DNA from: Candidatus Limnocylindria bacterium
GTDB lineage: Bacteria > Chloroflexota > Limnocylindria > Limnocylindrales > CSP1-4
Assembly: GCA_041483455.1 (NCBI GenBank)
Contig: JBGPFS010000001.1
Coordinates: 1 to 43,367, forward strand
Direction: 5' to 3'
Length of the DNA stretch: 43,367 nt
Below are positions 7,254-16,509 of this stretch, one piece after another; the first letter of the stretch is position 1; every line of letters starts with the position of its first letter. Both the position numbers and the translations under genes were made by a program. Below the pieces are notes generated by a model. It was not told the origin of the DNA. It worked only from the letters and a program-made list of their open reading frames with translations, and did no database searches.

Positions 7254-10200
7254 CTAGCCCGCGACGGGCGCTGGGCGGCCGGCGCCGGATCCGCTCGCGC
7301 GGTCGGCGATCGCTCGAGCCTCGTCGAGCCGGAGGCTGATCACCCGGCTCACGGAATCCTCGCCCACCGTCACGCCGTACAGCGCATCGGCGGCCTCGAT
7401 CGTCCCCCGGTTGTGGGTGATCACCACGAACTGGGTGTGGGCGGCCAGCTCCGTGAGCGCGTCCGTGAAGCGCCCGACGTTCGCCTCGTCGAGCGCGGCA
7501 TCGACCTCGTCGAGGACGCAGAACGGGACCGGCCGGACGGCGAGCATCGCGAACAGGAGTGCGACCGCGGTCAGCGCGCGTTCACCGCCCGAGAGCATCG
7601 CCAGCGCCTGTGCCTTCTTGCCCGGGGGCCGGGCCACGATCTCGACCCCGGTCGCGGCGAGGTCCGACGGGTCGGTCAGGTCGAGCCGGGCGAAGCCGCC
7701 GCCGAAGAGCTGGCGGAAGCGTTCGTCGAACGCGACCTCGAGTTTGCGGAACGTGTCCTGGAACTGCGTCGCCACGAGCATCCCGAGCTCCTCGATGAGC
7801 TGGCGGGTGGTGGCGATCGCAGCCCGGAGGTCGTGCTCCTGGGTCTCGAGCGATCCCAGGCGCGCGTTGAGCGCCGCGTACTCGTCGACCGCGAACGGGT
7901 TTGCCGCCCCGAGCTCGTGATAGCGTCGCCGGAGCGTGGCCAGCCGGCCCGGCCCGGGCGGATCGGCGGCGGGCGGTCGCTCGGTCCAGGTGGGCAGGAT
8001 CGTGGGCAGGACGGCTTCGAGCGCCGCGGTGTCGTCGGAGTCGACCTCGGGCGTCGGTCCGCCAGCGGATCGAGGTGCAGGAGCGGATCCGGACGGGCCA
8101 AGGGCGGGCACGTTCGAGCCCCCGGCGGGAGCGGCGGCCCGGAGCGCGGCGAGGCCGACCTCACCGATCCCGGCGAGCTCGACCAGGACTTGCTCACGGA
8201 TCGCATCCAGCCCGAGCCGGACCTCGAGGTCGGCCACCTCCGCCGCCCGGAGCCGCTCTTCCGCCGCCCGGAGCCGCTCGCGCGCGGTCGTTGCGGCGGC
8301 ATCGGCATCGGCGAGACGGGCTCGGTCGAGGGCGTCGGCCGCCTCGAGCTCCCCGATCGCCGTCCGGGCCAGCTCCTCCCGGGAGGCCGCATCGGCGATC
8401 TCCCCGGCAAGCCCGTCACGCTCCACGAGCGCCGCGGTCTCCCGGACCCCGACCTCGACCAGGTCGCGCGTCGCCCGGGCGATCCGCTCCTCATCGAAGG
8501 CGACGGCCGCGCCGGCTCGGGCCGAGGCGGCCTCCGCCGCGCGGCGGGCATGGGCGAGGTCGACCTGGCGGCCGACGGCGCGATCGCGACGATCGCGCAG
8601 CTCCACCACCCGCGTCTCCAGGGCCCCAGCCGGATCGGGGGCCGGCGCCCGGCCATCGCCCCCGGGCGCATCGACCGGCGGGCCCTCGAGCGGGCCCCCG
8701 GCCGGGCCGTCGGCCGACCCGAGCCCGGCGAGCATCTCCCGGAGCCGCGCCACGTCCGAATCGGCGCGGGTCGCCTGGGCCGCGTGCCAACCGGCCTCCC
8801 GGGCCAGGGACTCCGCGGCGCGACCGGTGGCCCGCTCGGCCTCCTCGGCGGCCCGGCGGGCGGTACCGGCGGCCGCCTCCTCCGCGCGGGCGACCACCGC
8901 GGCGGCGCGAGCCTCGGTCGCCCGATCGTCGGCGGCGCCGACCAGCTCGTCCGCCCGGCCGGCCTCGACCTCGAGCGCCTCGAGCTCCGTGGCGAGCCGC
9001 TCGAGCTCCGCTCGGCGCTCGAGCGCTCCCTCGGTCCGTCCCAGCGTGACGGTGAGGAAGCTCACCAGCGCCCGCCCGTCTCGCGTCACGCACGACCAGC
9101 CCGGTGGCAGGACGTCCCGCACCGCCAGCGCCGCGGGCAGGTCGGGGACCCAGGCCACGTGGCCGAGCACGGCGCGCGCGGCCCCGCTGGGGTCGCGCCG
9201 GACGGCCTCCGCGAGCCACCCGCCGCCGACCCCGAGGAGCCGTTCGGCCAGGTCGGCCGGTGGAGTCGCGGGATCGCCACCCGTCGGTGCGGCGTTGGGC
9301 GCCCCCAGGGCCAGCATCCCGCGCTCGCCGGCCAGACCCACGACTTCGTCCGGCCCGACGAGGTAGGCCCGAGCCGCCTCACCGAGGGCCATCTCGACCG
9401 CGGCCCGGAAGGTCGGATCGACGGCCAGATCCTCGTCCAGGCGCCGGCCACCGACGCGCCGGGCCGCGCGGGCGATCCCCCGCGCCTCGTCCTCCGCGAG
9501 CCGGGCTCGGGCTGCCTCGACCCGGCCGCGTACGGTCGCCCGGCGCGACCCGACGACCGAGGCGCGCTCCGCTGCCGCCCTCCGATCGCCCTCGGCGACG
9601 TCGGCAGCGGCTCTCGCCGCCTCGCGCCGATCCACGGCCGCCCGTTCGGCGACGACCGAGGCGGCGACCGCTTCGCGCGCCTCGTCCAGGCGAGCATCGG
9701 TCTCGGCTCGGCGGAGCGCGGCGGCCTCCGCCCGGGCCCGCTCCTCGGCCACCCGGCGCTCCGCGTCGGCCAGCCGACGGCCCGTCGTCTCGATCTCGGC
9801 TGAACGGGCACCCTCGGCCCGTCTCGCCGCGGCGAGCGCTTCACCCTGGGCATGGCGACTCGCCCGCACCGCCGCCAGCTCGGTCACGGCCTCGGCGAGC
9901 GCGCGCTCCGCGTCGCCCGCAGCGCGTTCCAGCTCGTGATCGATCTCCGGGAGGGGTACGGCGAGCTCGCGGCGGCGGAGCGCCAGGTCCTCTTCGGCCG
10001 CCCGACGCTCATCCTCGATGCGCCGTCGGTCGCGCGCGGCGGCCGCCAGATCGCCCGCCGACCGGGCGGCCCGGACCTCCAGAGCGCCGAGCGTCGTACG
10101 CACGGCGTCGTGCGCCGCCCGGCGCTCCCCGGCCAGCTGGCTCCGCGCTCCCAGCGCGGCGGCGATCGCCGCCGCCGCGGCCTCGGCTTCCGAGAGCCCG

Positions 10201-10988
10201 CCGAGCGCCCGATCCATCTCGGCTCGGGCGCGGGCCAGGCGGTCGCCCGCGGCCGCACCCCGGGACGCGGCGTCGTGCCAGCGCCCGTGTGCGGCGGCGA
10301 CCAGCGCCGCCGCGAGCTCGTCGCCGGCCGAGGTACGGGTCAGCTGCTGCTCGGCCTGCGCGCCCAGTCGGCGGGCCTGGGGCCGCAGCTCGGCGAGGAT
10401 ATCCTCGACCCGGGCGAGGTTCGCCTCGGCCTCCAGCAGCTGCTCCTCGGCCTTCCGACGACGGCGTTCGTGGCGGCGGACACCGGCCACTTCCTCGAAC
10501 AGCGGCCGTCGCTCCTCGGGCCGGAGCGCGAGCGCCTGGTCGACCATGCCCTGGCCGATGAACAGGAACGCGTTGTCGGCGAGGTGGGCGGCATCGAGCA
10601 GGTCGACCAGGTCCTTGAGCCGGACCCGCTGCCGGTTCAGGAGGTAGTCGTTCTCACCCGAACGGTAGAGGCGCCGACCCAGCTCAAGGACGCTGTACTC
10701 GACGGGCAGGAGACCGTCGGCGTTGTCGAGGACGATGGTCACGTCGGCCATCCCGAGCGCGGGTCGCTTCTCCGACCCGGCGAAGATGACGTCCTCGGCC
10801 TTCCGGCTTCGGAGCGCCCGGCCCTGTTCGCCGAGCGCCCACCGAAGCGCGTCCGCCAGGTTGCTCTTGCCCGACCCGTTCGGGCCGACGATGGCGCTGA
10901 TCCCGCCGCCGAACTCCACGTGGGTCCGCTCGGCGAAGGATTTGAACCCCTGGACGTGCAGGGCGAGCAGGCGGGCGGGCGCGCTCAT
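7254..10988 (-). CDS. smc: Chromosome partition protein Smc
   Basis: 1244 aa. N-terminal Walker A ([39 protein letters not shown]), long Ala/Glu/Arg coiled coils, and a C-terminal [16 protein letters not shown]...[12 protein letters not shown] signature/Walker B. Confidence 0.96.
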   Translation of the reverse strand: MSAPARLLALHVQGFKSFAERTHVEFGGGISAIVGPNGSGKSNLADALRWALGEQGRALRSRKAEDVIFAGSEKRPALGMADVTIVLDNADGLLPVEYSVLELGRRLYRSGENDYLLNRQRVRLKDLVDLLDAAHLADNAFLFIGQGMVDQALALRPEERRPLFEEVAGVRRHERRRRKAEEQLLEAEANLARVEDILAELRPQARRLGAQAEQQLTRTSAGDELAAALVAAAHGRWHDAASRGAAAGDRLARARAEMDRALGGLSEAEAAAAAIAAALGARSQLAGERRAAHDAVRTTLGALEVRAARSAGDLAAAARDRRRIEDERRAAEEDLALRRRELAVPLPEIDHELERAAGDAERALAEAVTELAAVRASRHAQGEALAAARRAEGARSAEIETTGRRLADAERRVAEERARAEAAALRRAETDARLDEAREAVAASVVAERAAVDRREAARAAADVAEGDRRAAAERASVVGSRRATVRGRVEAARARLAEDEARGIARAARRVGGRRLDEDLAVDPTFRAAVEMALGEAARAYLVGPDEVVGLAGERGMLALGAPNAAPTGGDPATPPADLAERLLGVGGGWLAEAVRRDPSGAARAVLGHVAWVPDLPAALAVRDVLPPGWSCVTRDGRALVSFLTVTLGRTEGALERRAELERLATELEALEVEAGRADELVGAADDRATEARAAAVVARAEEAAAGTARRAAEEAERATGRAAESLAREAGWHAAQATRADSDVARLREMLAGLGSADGPAGGPLEGPPVDAPGGDGRAPAPDPAGALETRVVELRDRRDRAVGRQVDLAHARRAAEAASARAGAAVAFDEERIARATRDLVEVGVRETAALVERDGLAGEIADAASREELARTAIGELEAADALDRARLADADAAATTARERLRAAEERLRAAEVADLEVRLGLDAIREQVLVELAGIGEVGLAALRAAAPAGGSNVPALGPSGSAPAPRSAGGPTPEVDSDDTAALEAVLPTILPTWTERPPAADPPGPGRLATLRRRYHELGAANPFAVDEYAALNARLGSLETQEHDLRAAIATTRQLIEELGMLVATQFQDTFRKLEVAFDERFRQLFGGGFARLDLTDPSDLAATGVEIVARPPGKKAQALAMLSGGERALTAVALLFAMLAVRPVPFCVLDEVDAALDEANVGRFTDALTELAAHTQFVVITHNRGTIEAADALYGVTVGEDSVSRVISLRLDEARAIADRASGSGAGRPAPVAG

Positions 10989-11704
10989 GGCGGCAGGGTC
11001 GCGCCGGTGGGATCGAGCCGAGCGAGCGTCTCGAGCGCCGAGGCCGCCGCGTTCGTCTCCGCGACCCGCCGGGACGATCCCTCGCCGACCCCCAGGATCC
11101 GGTCGTCCACGGTCACTTCGACCCGGAAGACCCGCTGGTGGTCGGGACCGCTCGTCTCCACGAGCCGGTAGACCGGGCGCTCGCCGGTCAGGCGCTGGGT
11201 GTGTTCCTGGAGCCGGCTCTTCGGGCTCTTGAGCGTCCCCACCGGAAGATCGCTGGCGAGCTCCGGCGCCGCCACCTCGAGCAGCCAGTCACGGGCCGCC
11301 GTGTAGCCGAGGTCGAGATAGACCGCCCCGACGAGCGCCTCGAGAGCCGACGCCAGGAGCATCGGCCGGAGCCGCCCGCCCCGCTGCGACTCCCCCTCGC
11401 CGAGCAGGATCGAGTCGCCGAGCCGGATCCGATCGGCGATCCGGGCGAGTCCGACCGTGCTCACGATCGCCGCGCGCCGCGCGGACAGGACGCCCTCGTC
11501 GTCGGTCGGATGGCGACGGTAGAGGGCCTCGGCGACCGCGAGGGTGACGACCGCGTCGCCGAGGAATTCCAGGCGCTCGTTATGGCCGCTGGCCGCGTCG
11601 CGGTGCTCGTGCAGATAGCTGCTGTGGACGAGCGCCCGCTCGAACGTGGCGTGGTCGCGGATCGGGAGCCCGAGGCGTGCCGCGAGTTCGACGGCCGGAC
11701 GCAT
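10985..11704 (-). CDS. rnc: Ribonuclease III
   Basis: HSSYLHEH...NERLEFLGDAVVTLAVAE is the RNase III signature, with a C-terminal dsRBD (KSRLQEHTQ...YRLVETSGPDHQRVFRVEV). ATGA overlap with the smc start. Confidence 0.95.
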   Translation of the reverse strand: MRPAVELAARLGLPIRDHATFERALVHSSYLHEHRDAASGHNERLEFLGDAVVTLAVAEALYRRHPTDDEGVLSARRAAIVSTVGLARIADRIRLGDSILLGEGESQRGGRLRPMLLASALEALVGAVYLDLGYTAARDWLLEVAAPELASDLPVGTLKSPKSRLQEHTQRLTGERPVYRLVETSGPDHQRVFRVEVTVDDRILGVGEGSSRRVAETNAAASALETLARLDPTGATLPP

Positions 11705-11727
11705 CGGGCGAATGCGAGGAGGTGGCG

Positions 11728-11964
11728 CTAGGACGAGCGCTCGTCGATGTACTCGACCGCGTCGCCGACGGTCCGGATCCGCTCCGCATCCTCGTCGGAG
11801 ATCTCGGTCCCGAACTCTTCCTCGAGGCTCATGATGAGCTCGACGAGGTCGAGTGAGTCGGCATTGAGGTCGTCGACGAACGACGCCTCCGGCTTGACGT
11901 CCTCTTCCTCGACGCCAAGCTGCTCGACGACGATCTTCTTCAGGCGCTCGTACGTTGTGGCCAC
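11728..11964 (-). CDS. acpP: Acyl carrier protein
   Basis: [52 protein letters not shown] carries the DSLD phosphopantetheine attachment motif. GTG start at 11964 is preceded by GAGGAGGGAG. Confidence 0.94.
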   Translation of the reverse strand: MATTYERLKKIVVEQLGVEEEDVKPEASFVDDLNADSLDLVELIMSLEEEFGTEISDEDAERIRTVGDAVEYIDERSS

Positions 11965-11986
11965 AGACTCCCTCCTCGGAGATCGG

Positions 11987-12511
11987 TCATCGCCCGGTCG
12001 TGCTCCCGGGTCCATCTTCCATCGACCGGCCCGTCGTCCCATGGGACGACGGATCCGTGTCCTGTGCGATCCGCCCGAGGACGCCGTTCATGAGGCGCCG
12101 CGCGGGATCCCCGCTGTAGATCCGTGCGAGCTCGACCCACTCGGCGATCGCCACCCGGGCCGGCGTCGTGCCGGAGTGTAGCATCTCGCCGAGGGCGCAT
12201 CGCAGGAGGGCGCGGTCCATCCGCGCCAGCTGGACGACCGGGTAGCGCGGGGCGGCGAGCTCGATCCGAGCGTCGATCCGATCGCGATTCTCGACCGCCG
12301 CGGCGACCAGCCGGCGGGCGAAGGCCGCCACCTCCGGGTCGCCCTCGGCAGCGGCCAGGTGACGCTCGAGGATCGACTCGGCCGTCCGCTGTCCGAATTC
12401 CGCCTCGAAGATCGAGGCGAGCGCGACCCGCCGTCCGGCTCGCCGCGAGCGGATCCGATCGAGACGGACGGGCCCGGTCGCGCCGGTCACTCGGTCAGGC
12501 GCCCACACCAT
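11987..12511 (-). CDS. nusB: Transcription antitermination factor NusB
   Basis: [19 protein letters not shown]...[24 protein letters not shown]...[17 protein letters not shown]...[11 protein letters not shown] is the NusB fold. The start is uncertain: ATG 12511 or GTG 12490. Confidence 0.9.
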   Translation of the reverse strand: MVWAPDRVTGATGPVRLDRIRSRRAGRRVALASIFEAEFGQRTAESILERHLAAAEGDPEVAAFARRLVAAAVENRDRIDARIELAAPRYPVVQLARMDRALLRCALGEMLHSGTTPARVAIAEWVELARIYSGDPARRLMNGVLGRIAQDTDPSSHGTTGRSMEDGPGSTTGR

Positions 12512-12575
12512 CGACGAGCACGGTCACGTCGACGAGCTCGAGGCTCAGGAGGCGCTCGAGGGCGGCCCCGACCGC

Positions 12576-12809
12576 CTAGCGCACCTGCCGGGAGAGCGGC
12601 GCCAGCGGCTGGTTCGGCCGGGCCACGACCACCAGCCGGGTCCGCACCCGGCCGTCCGAGAGCTGGGTCACGACCGCCGGGCCGCGGAGCCATCCTCGGA
12701 GTGCCGCTCCGCCATGGGCCACGCGAGCGACCCCGGCGACCTCGAGGGCGGCGAGACGGACGGTCGACTCGATGACGGGCCGACCGACGGTCAGGATGGG
12801 ACCGCTCAT
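12576..12809 (-). CDS. Asp23/Gls24-family protein, truncated by an in-frame TAG (the domain continues in frame to 12495)
   Basis: MSGPILTVGRPVIESTVRLAALEVAGVARV...[39 protein letters not shown]. The 26 codons after the TAG complete the conserved Asp23 C-terminal strand pattern (compare the paralogue at 20518..20979). Confidence 0.75.
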   Translation of the reverse strand: MSGPILTVGRPVIESTVRLAALEVAGVARVAHGGAALRGWLRGPAVVTQLSDGRVRTRLVVVARPNQPLAPLSRQVR

Positions 12810-13903
12810 CGCGACGCCTCCCCGATGGTCTGGGCCGTTCGGCCCGTCCCCGGGTCGGCCTCGGGAACGACCGTCGGGCGGTCGCGGAAGGCATCGGCGA
12901 TCGCCTCGGGGATCCCGGCCCGGGCCGCGGCTGCGCCGACGGCGACGGCGTATGAGATCATCCGGCGCTTGGCCCGGCCGTGCGTGATCAGGACCGTGCC
13001 CCGAACCCCGAGAAGCGGCGATCCACCGAGGCGCTCGTAGTCGAACACCGATCGGATCCGGTCCATCCCGGGCCTGAGCAGGGCGTACGCCAGCGGCCCG
13101 CGGGGCGGACGCCGGAACTCGGCCCGGAGGAGGTCGAAGATGAAGGTGGAGAGGCCCTCGAAGAACTTGATCACGACGTTCCCCAGGACCGCATCGCAGA
13201 CGACGACGTCGGCGGCGTGGCGGACGAGATCCTTGCCCTCGACGTTCCCGATGAACCGCAGGTCCGACGCGTCGAGCAGCTCGGTGGCCCGCTGGATCCG
13301 GGCGTCGCCCTTGCCCTTCTCCTCGCCGATCGAGAGGAGCGCCACCCGCGGGGTCGCCACCCCGAGGACCCGCTCGGCGAAGAGCGCCCCCATCCGGGCG
13401 TACTGGGCCAGGTTCTCGGCCGTCGAATCCGGGTTCGCCCCGATGTCGAGCAGGACGATCGGCGCACCGTCCGTGATCATCTGGACGGCCAGGGCCGGGC
13501 GGTCGACCCCCGGCAGGCGGCCGAGCCGGAGGATGGCCGCGGCCATCCCGGCGCCGGTATGCCCGGCGGTCACGACCGCGTCGGCGGCCCCATTCCGGAC
13601 CAGGTCCATCGCGACGAGGATCGAGGCGTCCTTCTTCTCGCGGAGGGCCCGCGCCGGGTGCTCGTCCATGCCGACCACCTGGCTGGCCTCGACGATCGAC
13701 ACGTTGGCCGGCAGCGGCCCGGCCGCGATCGTCTCGATCGCCGACCGGTCGCCGACCAGGATGACCTCGTCGGCGGGCTGGGCCCGAGCGTGGATGAGCG
13801 CGCCTTCGACCACCTCGCCCGGGGCGTGGTCTCCACCCATCGCGTCGACCGCGACGCGGATCCGGCGCTCGTCGGCGGCCGTTCGGACGGCGCTCAGGTC
13901 CAC
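12806..13903 (-). CDS. plsX: Phosphate acyltransferase PlsX
   Basis: RIRVAVDAMGGDHAPGEVVEGA...AVVTAGHTGA...IGEEKGKG...GNVEGKDL...VVVCDAVLGNVVIKFFEG is typical PlsX. The stop overlaps the downstream Asp23-like start (ATGA). Confidence 0.95.
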   Translation of the reverse strand: MDLSAVRTAADERRIRVAVDAMGGDHAPGEVVEGALIHARAQPADEVILVGDRSAIETIAAGPLPANVSIVEASQVVGMDEHPARALREKKDASILVAMDLVRNGAADAVVTAGHTGAGMAAAILRLGRLPGVDRPALAVQMITDGAPIVLLDIGANPDSTAENLAQYARMGALFAERVLGVATPRVALLSIGEEKGKGDARIQRATELLDASDLRFIGNVEGKDLVRHAADVVVCDAVLGNVVIKFFEGLSTFIFDLLRAEFRRPPRGPLAYALLRPGMDRIRSVFDYERLGGSPLLGVRGTVLITHGRAKRRMISYAVAVGAAAARAGIPEAIADAFRDRPTVVPEADPGTGRTAQTIGEASR

Positions 13904-13907
13904 CGGG

Positions 13908-14108
13908 TCAGGAGGCGGACTCGTCCGTCGGCTTCTTCATCTCGATGGCCAGGCGGCCGCCGTAGTAGCCGCAGTTCGGGCAGACGTGGTGGGACCGCTT
14001 CGCGGCGTGGCAGTGCGGGCATTCCTCGAGCTGCGGCAGGGCCAGCGCGGCATGCGCGCGCCGGTCGCCCTGACGAGCGTGCGAGACCCGTCGCTTCGGG
14101 ACTCCCAT
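13908..14108 (-). CDS. rpmF: 50S ribosomal protein L32
   Basis: MGVPKRRVSHARQGDRRAHAAL...CPHCHAAKRSHHVCPNCGYY is the L32 signature with a zinc ribbon. AGGAGA lies upstream. Confidence 0.95.
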   Translation of the reverse strand: MGVPKRRVSHARQGDRRAHAALALPQLEECPHCHAAKRSHHVCPNCGYYGGRLAIEMKKPTDESAS

Positions 14109-14196
14109 CGGTCGTGTGATCTCCTGTTCGGGGTCGGACGAGGGCCGCCGAGGTCGCGCCGGGACGGCGCCGGACGTCCGGGGACCGGCGCGGAGT

Positions 14197-14763
14197 CTAC
14201 CCCGTCCCGGGCTTCTCGTCGACCCGGAAGGCCCGGAGCGCCTCGAGCCGGGGGTCGATCGGTCCGTCTTCGTGGTCGTGGGCGCCGATCTCGAGCTCCA
14301 GGCCGCAGACCGGACAGAGGCCCGGGCAATCCGGCCGGCAGAGGGGCGCGATCGGCTCCGCGAGCAGGATGGCCTCGCGGACGAGCGGCTCCAGGTCGAC
14401 CTCGTGGTGGTCGGTCAGCCGGAGCGCGTCCGGCTCCTCGGTCGTGTCGACGGCCTGGCCGCTGGCGAGGTCGACGCTCGGCAGCAGCTCTTCGTCGATC
14501 GCCACATCGATCGGCGTGGCGGCCGGCTTCAGGCAGCGGCTGCAGGTCCCGGCCAGGGTCGTCGTCGCCCCGCCGTCCAGGACCAGCCCGCGGTTCGTCC
14601 GGGTGAGCCGGACCAGGACGTCGATGGGCGCTGCCGCGACCAGGTCGGCGAGGTCGAGGCGGAGGTCGGCCAACGCGTAGTCGCGGCGCGAGCCGGCCGG
14701 CTCCGCCAGGAGGCTCGTGACGTTGATCTTCAGGCGGTCGTCGCCCGGGGGGCGGTTCACCAC
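14197..14763 (-). CDS. yceD: YceD/DUF177 family protein (23S rRNA accumulation protein)
   Basis: 188 aa located upstream of rpmF, with the characteristic CSRCL....(~60 aa)...CRPDCPGLCPVCG cysteine pattern. Confidence 0.88.
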   Translation of the reverse strand: MVNRPPGDDRLKINVTSLLAEPAGSRRDYALADLRLDLADLVAAAPIDVLVRLTRTNRGLVLDGGATTTLAGTCSRCLKPAATPIDVAIDEELLPSVDLASGQAVDTTEEPDALRLTDHHEVDLEPLVREAILLAEPIAPLCRPDCPGLCPVCGLELEIGAHDHEDGPIDPRLEALRAFRVDEKPGTG

Positions 14764-15293
14764 CCGCGATCGGGTCGGCGATCCTCGTCGTCGCGGGCCG
14801 CGCCGCCCTCGCCATCGGGGTCGTCCTCGAGCGCATCGTCCTCGCCGGGGTGGCGCTCCTCGAGGACGGCGATCCCCTTCTTGATGCTCTCGAGCGTCCG
14901 GGTCACCTCGGCCTCGAGGTCGTACAGGACGGACGCCGCGTAGCTGTCGGCCCCGCCGCGGATCTCCTCGCCTTCCGCCTGGGCACGGTCGAGGATCCGC
15001 CGGCTCTCATCGTCGGCGGCTGCCGTCAGGCCCCGTTCCTCGATCAGGAAGGCGGCCTGCTCCTGGGCCTTGGCGACGATCCCCTCGGCCTCCTCCTGGG
15101 CCTTCTCGATGATCCGCTCGCCCTCGGCATTGATCCGTTTCGCCGCCCGGATCTCCTCCGGGATCGCCACCCGGAGCTCGTCGATGAGGCTCAGGGCCGC
15201 CTGCTGGTCGACCACGACGTTGCTGGTGAAGGGCAGCCTCTTGCCGTTGGCGACGATGTTCTCGAGGCGCGTCACGAGGAAGATGATGTCGAT
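14757..15293 (-). CDS. Conserved coiled-coil hypothetical protein (Glu/Ala-rich, ATPase subunit b/H-like repeats)
   Basis: The track ORF begins at GTG 15275 (VTRLENIVANGKRLPFTSNVVVDQQAALSLIDELRVAIPEEIRAAKRI...). The only SD (AGGAGG, 15308-15303) sits 9 nt upstream of an in-frame ATC at 15293, giving (M)DIIFLVTRLENIV. The start is therefore uncertain: 15275 or 15293. Confidence 0.7.
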   Translation of the reverse strand: MDIIFLVTRLENIVANGKRLPFTSNVVVDQQAALSLIDELRVAIPEEIRAAKRINAEGERIIEKAQEEAEGIVAKAQEQAAFLIEERGLTAAADDESRRILDRAQAEGEEIRGGADSYAASVLYDLEAEVTRTLESIKKGIAVLEERHPGEDDALEDDPDGEGGAARDDEDRRPDRGW

Positions 15294-15349
15294 CGGACGG
15301 GCCCTCCTGTGTCGGCGCGGCGTGGCGGATCGGCGTCCCCGCTCGGCCG

Positions 15350-15358
15350 ATTATCGCA
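15350..15358 (-). promoter_or_regulatory. Putative extended -10 promoter TGcGATAAT for the coiled-coil/yceD/rpmF/plsX gene string
   Basis: Minus strand reads aTGcGATAATc in the 133-nt coaD-downstream spacer, about 55 nt upstream of the gene start. The identical 11-mer occurs again at 25445..25455. Confidence 0.45.
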
Positions 15359-15426
15359 TGCGGGTCGACCGCGGCTCGGCGGGTTCGGCAGGGCGGCGAC
15401 GGCCGGGCGGTCGATCGGGGCCGGCG

Positions 15427-15924
15427 TCAGCCCGTCCGCAGGGCTGCCCGCAGGGCCGCCTCGGCCGCCGGCGGGACCATCGCGCCCACGTCGCCCCCGA
15501 ATCGGGCGATCTCCCTGACGAGGCTCGAGCTGACGTAGCCGTGCTCGACGCTGGTCATGAAGAAGACGGTGTCGAGCTCCGGAGCGAGGACCCGGTTGTT
15601 GTGGGCGAGCTGGATCTCCAGCTCGAAATCGGAGATGGCCCGCAGGCCCCGCACGATGAACCCGGCCCGGGCCGCCCGGCAGACCTCGACCGTGAGGCCC
15701 TCGAACGTCCGAACCTCGATCCGGCCGGACAACTCGGGCAGCTCGCCGGCGACCGAGGCCCCGATGGCAGCGACCCGGTCGACCAGGGGGATCAAGGGCT
15801 GCTTGCGCGGGTTCTCGAGGACGGCCACGACGACCCGATCGAAGACGGCCGCCGCCCGCCGGAGGACGTCCAGGTGACCGAACGTGATCGGGTCGAACGA
15901 GCCCGGGTAGACCGCGCTGCTCAT
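15427..15924 (-). CDS. coaD: Phosphopantetheine adenylyltransferase
   Basis: MSSAVYPGSFDPITFGHLDVLRRA...ISDFELEIQLAHNNR...FFMTSVEHGYVSSSLVREIA is canonical CoaD. Confidence 0.96.
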   Translation of the reverse strand: MSSAVYPGSFDPITFGHLDVLRRAAAVFDRVVVAVLENPRKQPLIPLVDRVAAIGASVAGELPELSGRIEVRTFEGLTVEVCRAARAGFIVRGLRAISDFELEIQLAHNNRVLAPELDTVFFMTSVEHGYVSSSLVREIARFGGDVGAMVPPAAEAALRAALRTG

Positions 15925-16508
15925 GGTTCCTCCCGCCGATAGAACGTCAACGTCGTCTCGCCGAACCGCCGCTCGCGGACCGATCGTAGCAGGCCGATCC
16001 GGGCCTCCGGCGGGTGCCGCCAGAAGTGCTTGGCCACGACCGTCGCGCGGGAGGCAAGCAGCGCGCCGGCTTCCGGCGCACCGAGCCGGGCGAGGATCGC
16101 CTCGAGGAGCGCGGGGTCATCGTAGGGTGGGTCGACCAGGACCAGGTCGAACGGGCCGCGCCCCTGCGCCACTCCGCCGGCCCGGAGCGCGGCCAGCGCG
16201 TCGCCGCGCACCGCCCGGACCTCGGCGCCGGCCAGGCCCGTTCGGCGGAGGTTCGCCTCGATCGTCCGGACCGCCTCGGGGTCGCGCTCGACGAGGACCG
16301 CCCGGACCGCGCCCCGCGACAGGGCCTCGATCGTCCCGGCGCCGCTCCCTGCGCACAGGTCGAGGACGGCGGCGCCCGGAAGGCCAGGCTCGAGGATCGC
16401 GAAGAGCGCCTCCTTGACCCGGTCCGACAGCGGTCGCGTGCCCGGGCCCGGCGCAAGCAGCCGCGTCCCGCGGGCGCGACCCGCGATCACCCGACCGGCC
16501 GTCGCCAT
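15921..16508 (-). CDS. rsmD: 16S rRNA (guanine966-N2)-methyltransferase RsmD
   Basis: MATAGRVIAGRARGTRLLAPGPGTRPLSDRVKEALFAIL...VLDLCAGSGAGTIEALSRGA...DLVLVDPPYD is the RsmD motif set. ATG at 16508. The upstream part of the track ORF overlaps recG. Confidence 0.9.
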   Translation of the reverse strand: MATAGRVIAGRARGTRLLAPGPGTRPLSDRVKEALFAILEPGLPGAAVLDLCAGSGAGTIEALSRGAVRAVLVERDPEAVRTIEANLRRTGLAGAEVRAVRGDALAALRAGGVAQGRGPFDLVLVDPPYDDPALLEAILARLGAPEAGALLASRATVVAKHFWRHPPEARIGLLRSVRERRFGETTLTFYRREEP

Positions 16509-16509
16509 G

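Noticed and set aside
6594-9803. Very long plus-strand ORFs antisense to known genes: 6594..9803 (1069 aa), 31373..36040 (1555 aa), 26934..29846 (970 aa), 16414..18762 (782 aa) and 2643..4799 (718 aa).
   Set aside because: All are Arg/Gly/Pro/Asp-rich with no recognisable motifs. Each lies exactly opposite a well-supported conserved gene (smc, ileS, priA, recG, the ffh-downstream gene). Stop-poor antisense frames are expected at this GC content.
12576-12578. Genome-wide reassignment of TAG (for example pyrrolysine or a sense-codon code) as the explanation for the in-frame TAG.
   Set aside because: TAG terminates rpsP, ftsY, smc, acpP, rpmB, the DAK2 gene, ileS, dtd and the PAP2 gene at positions consistent with full-length homologues. 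No pyl genes are visible in the window.
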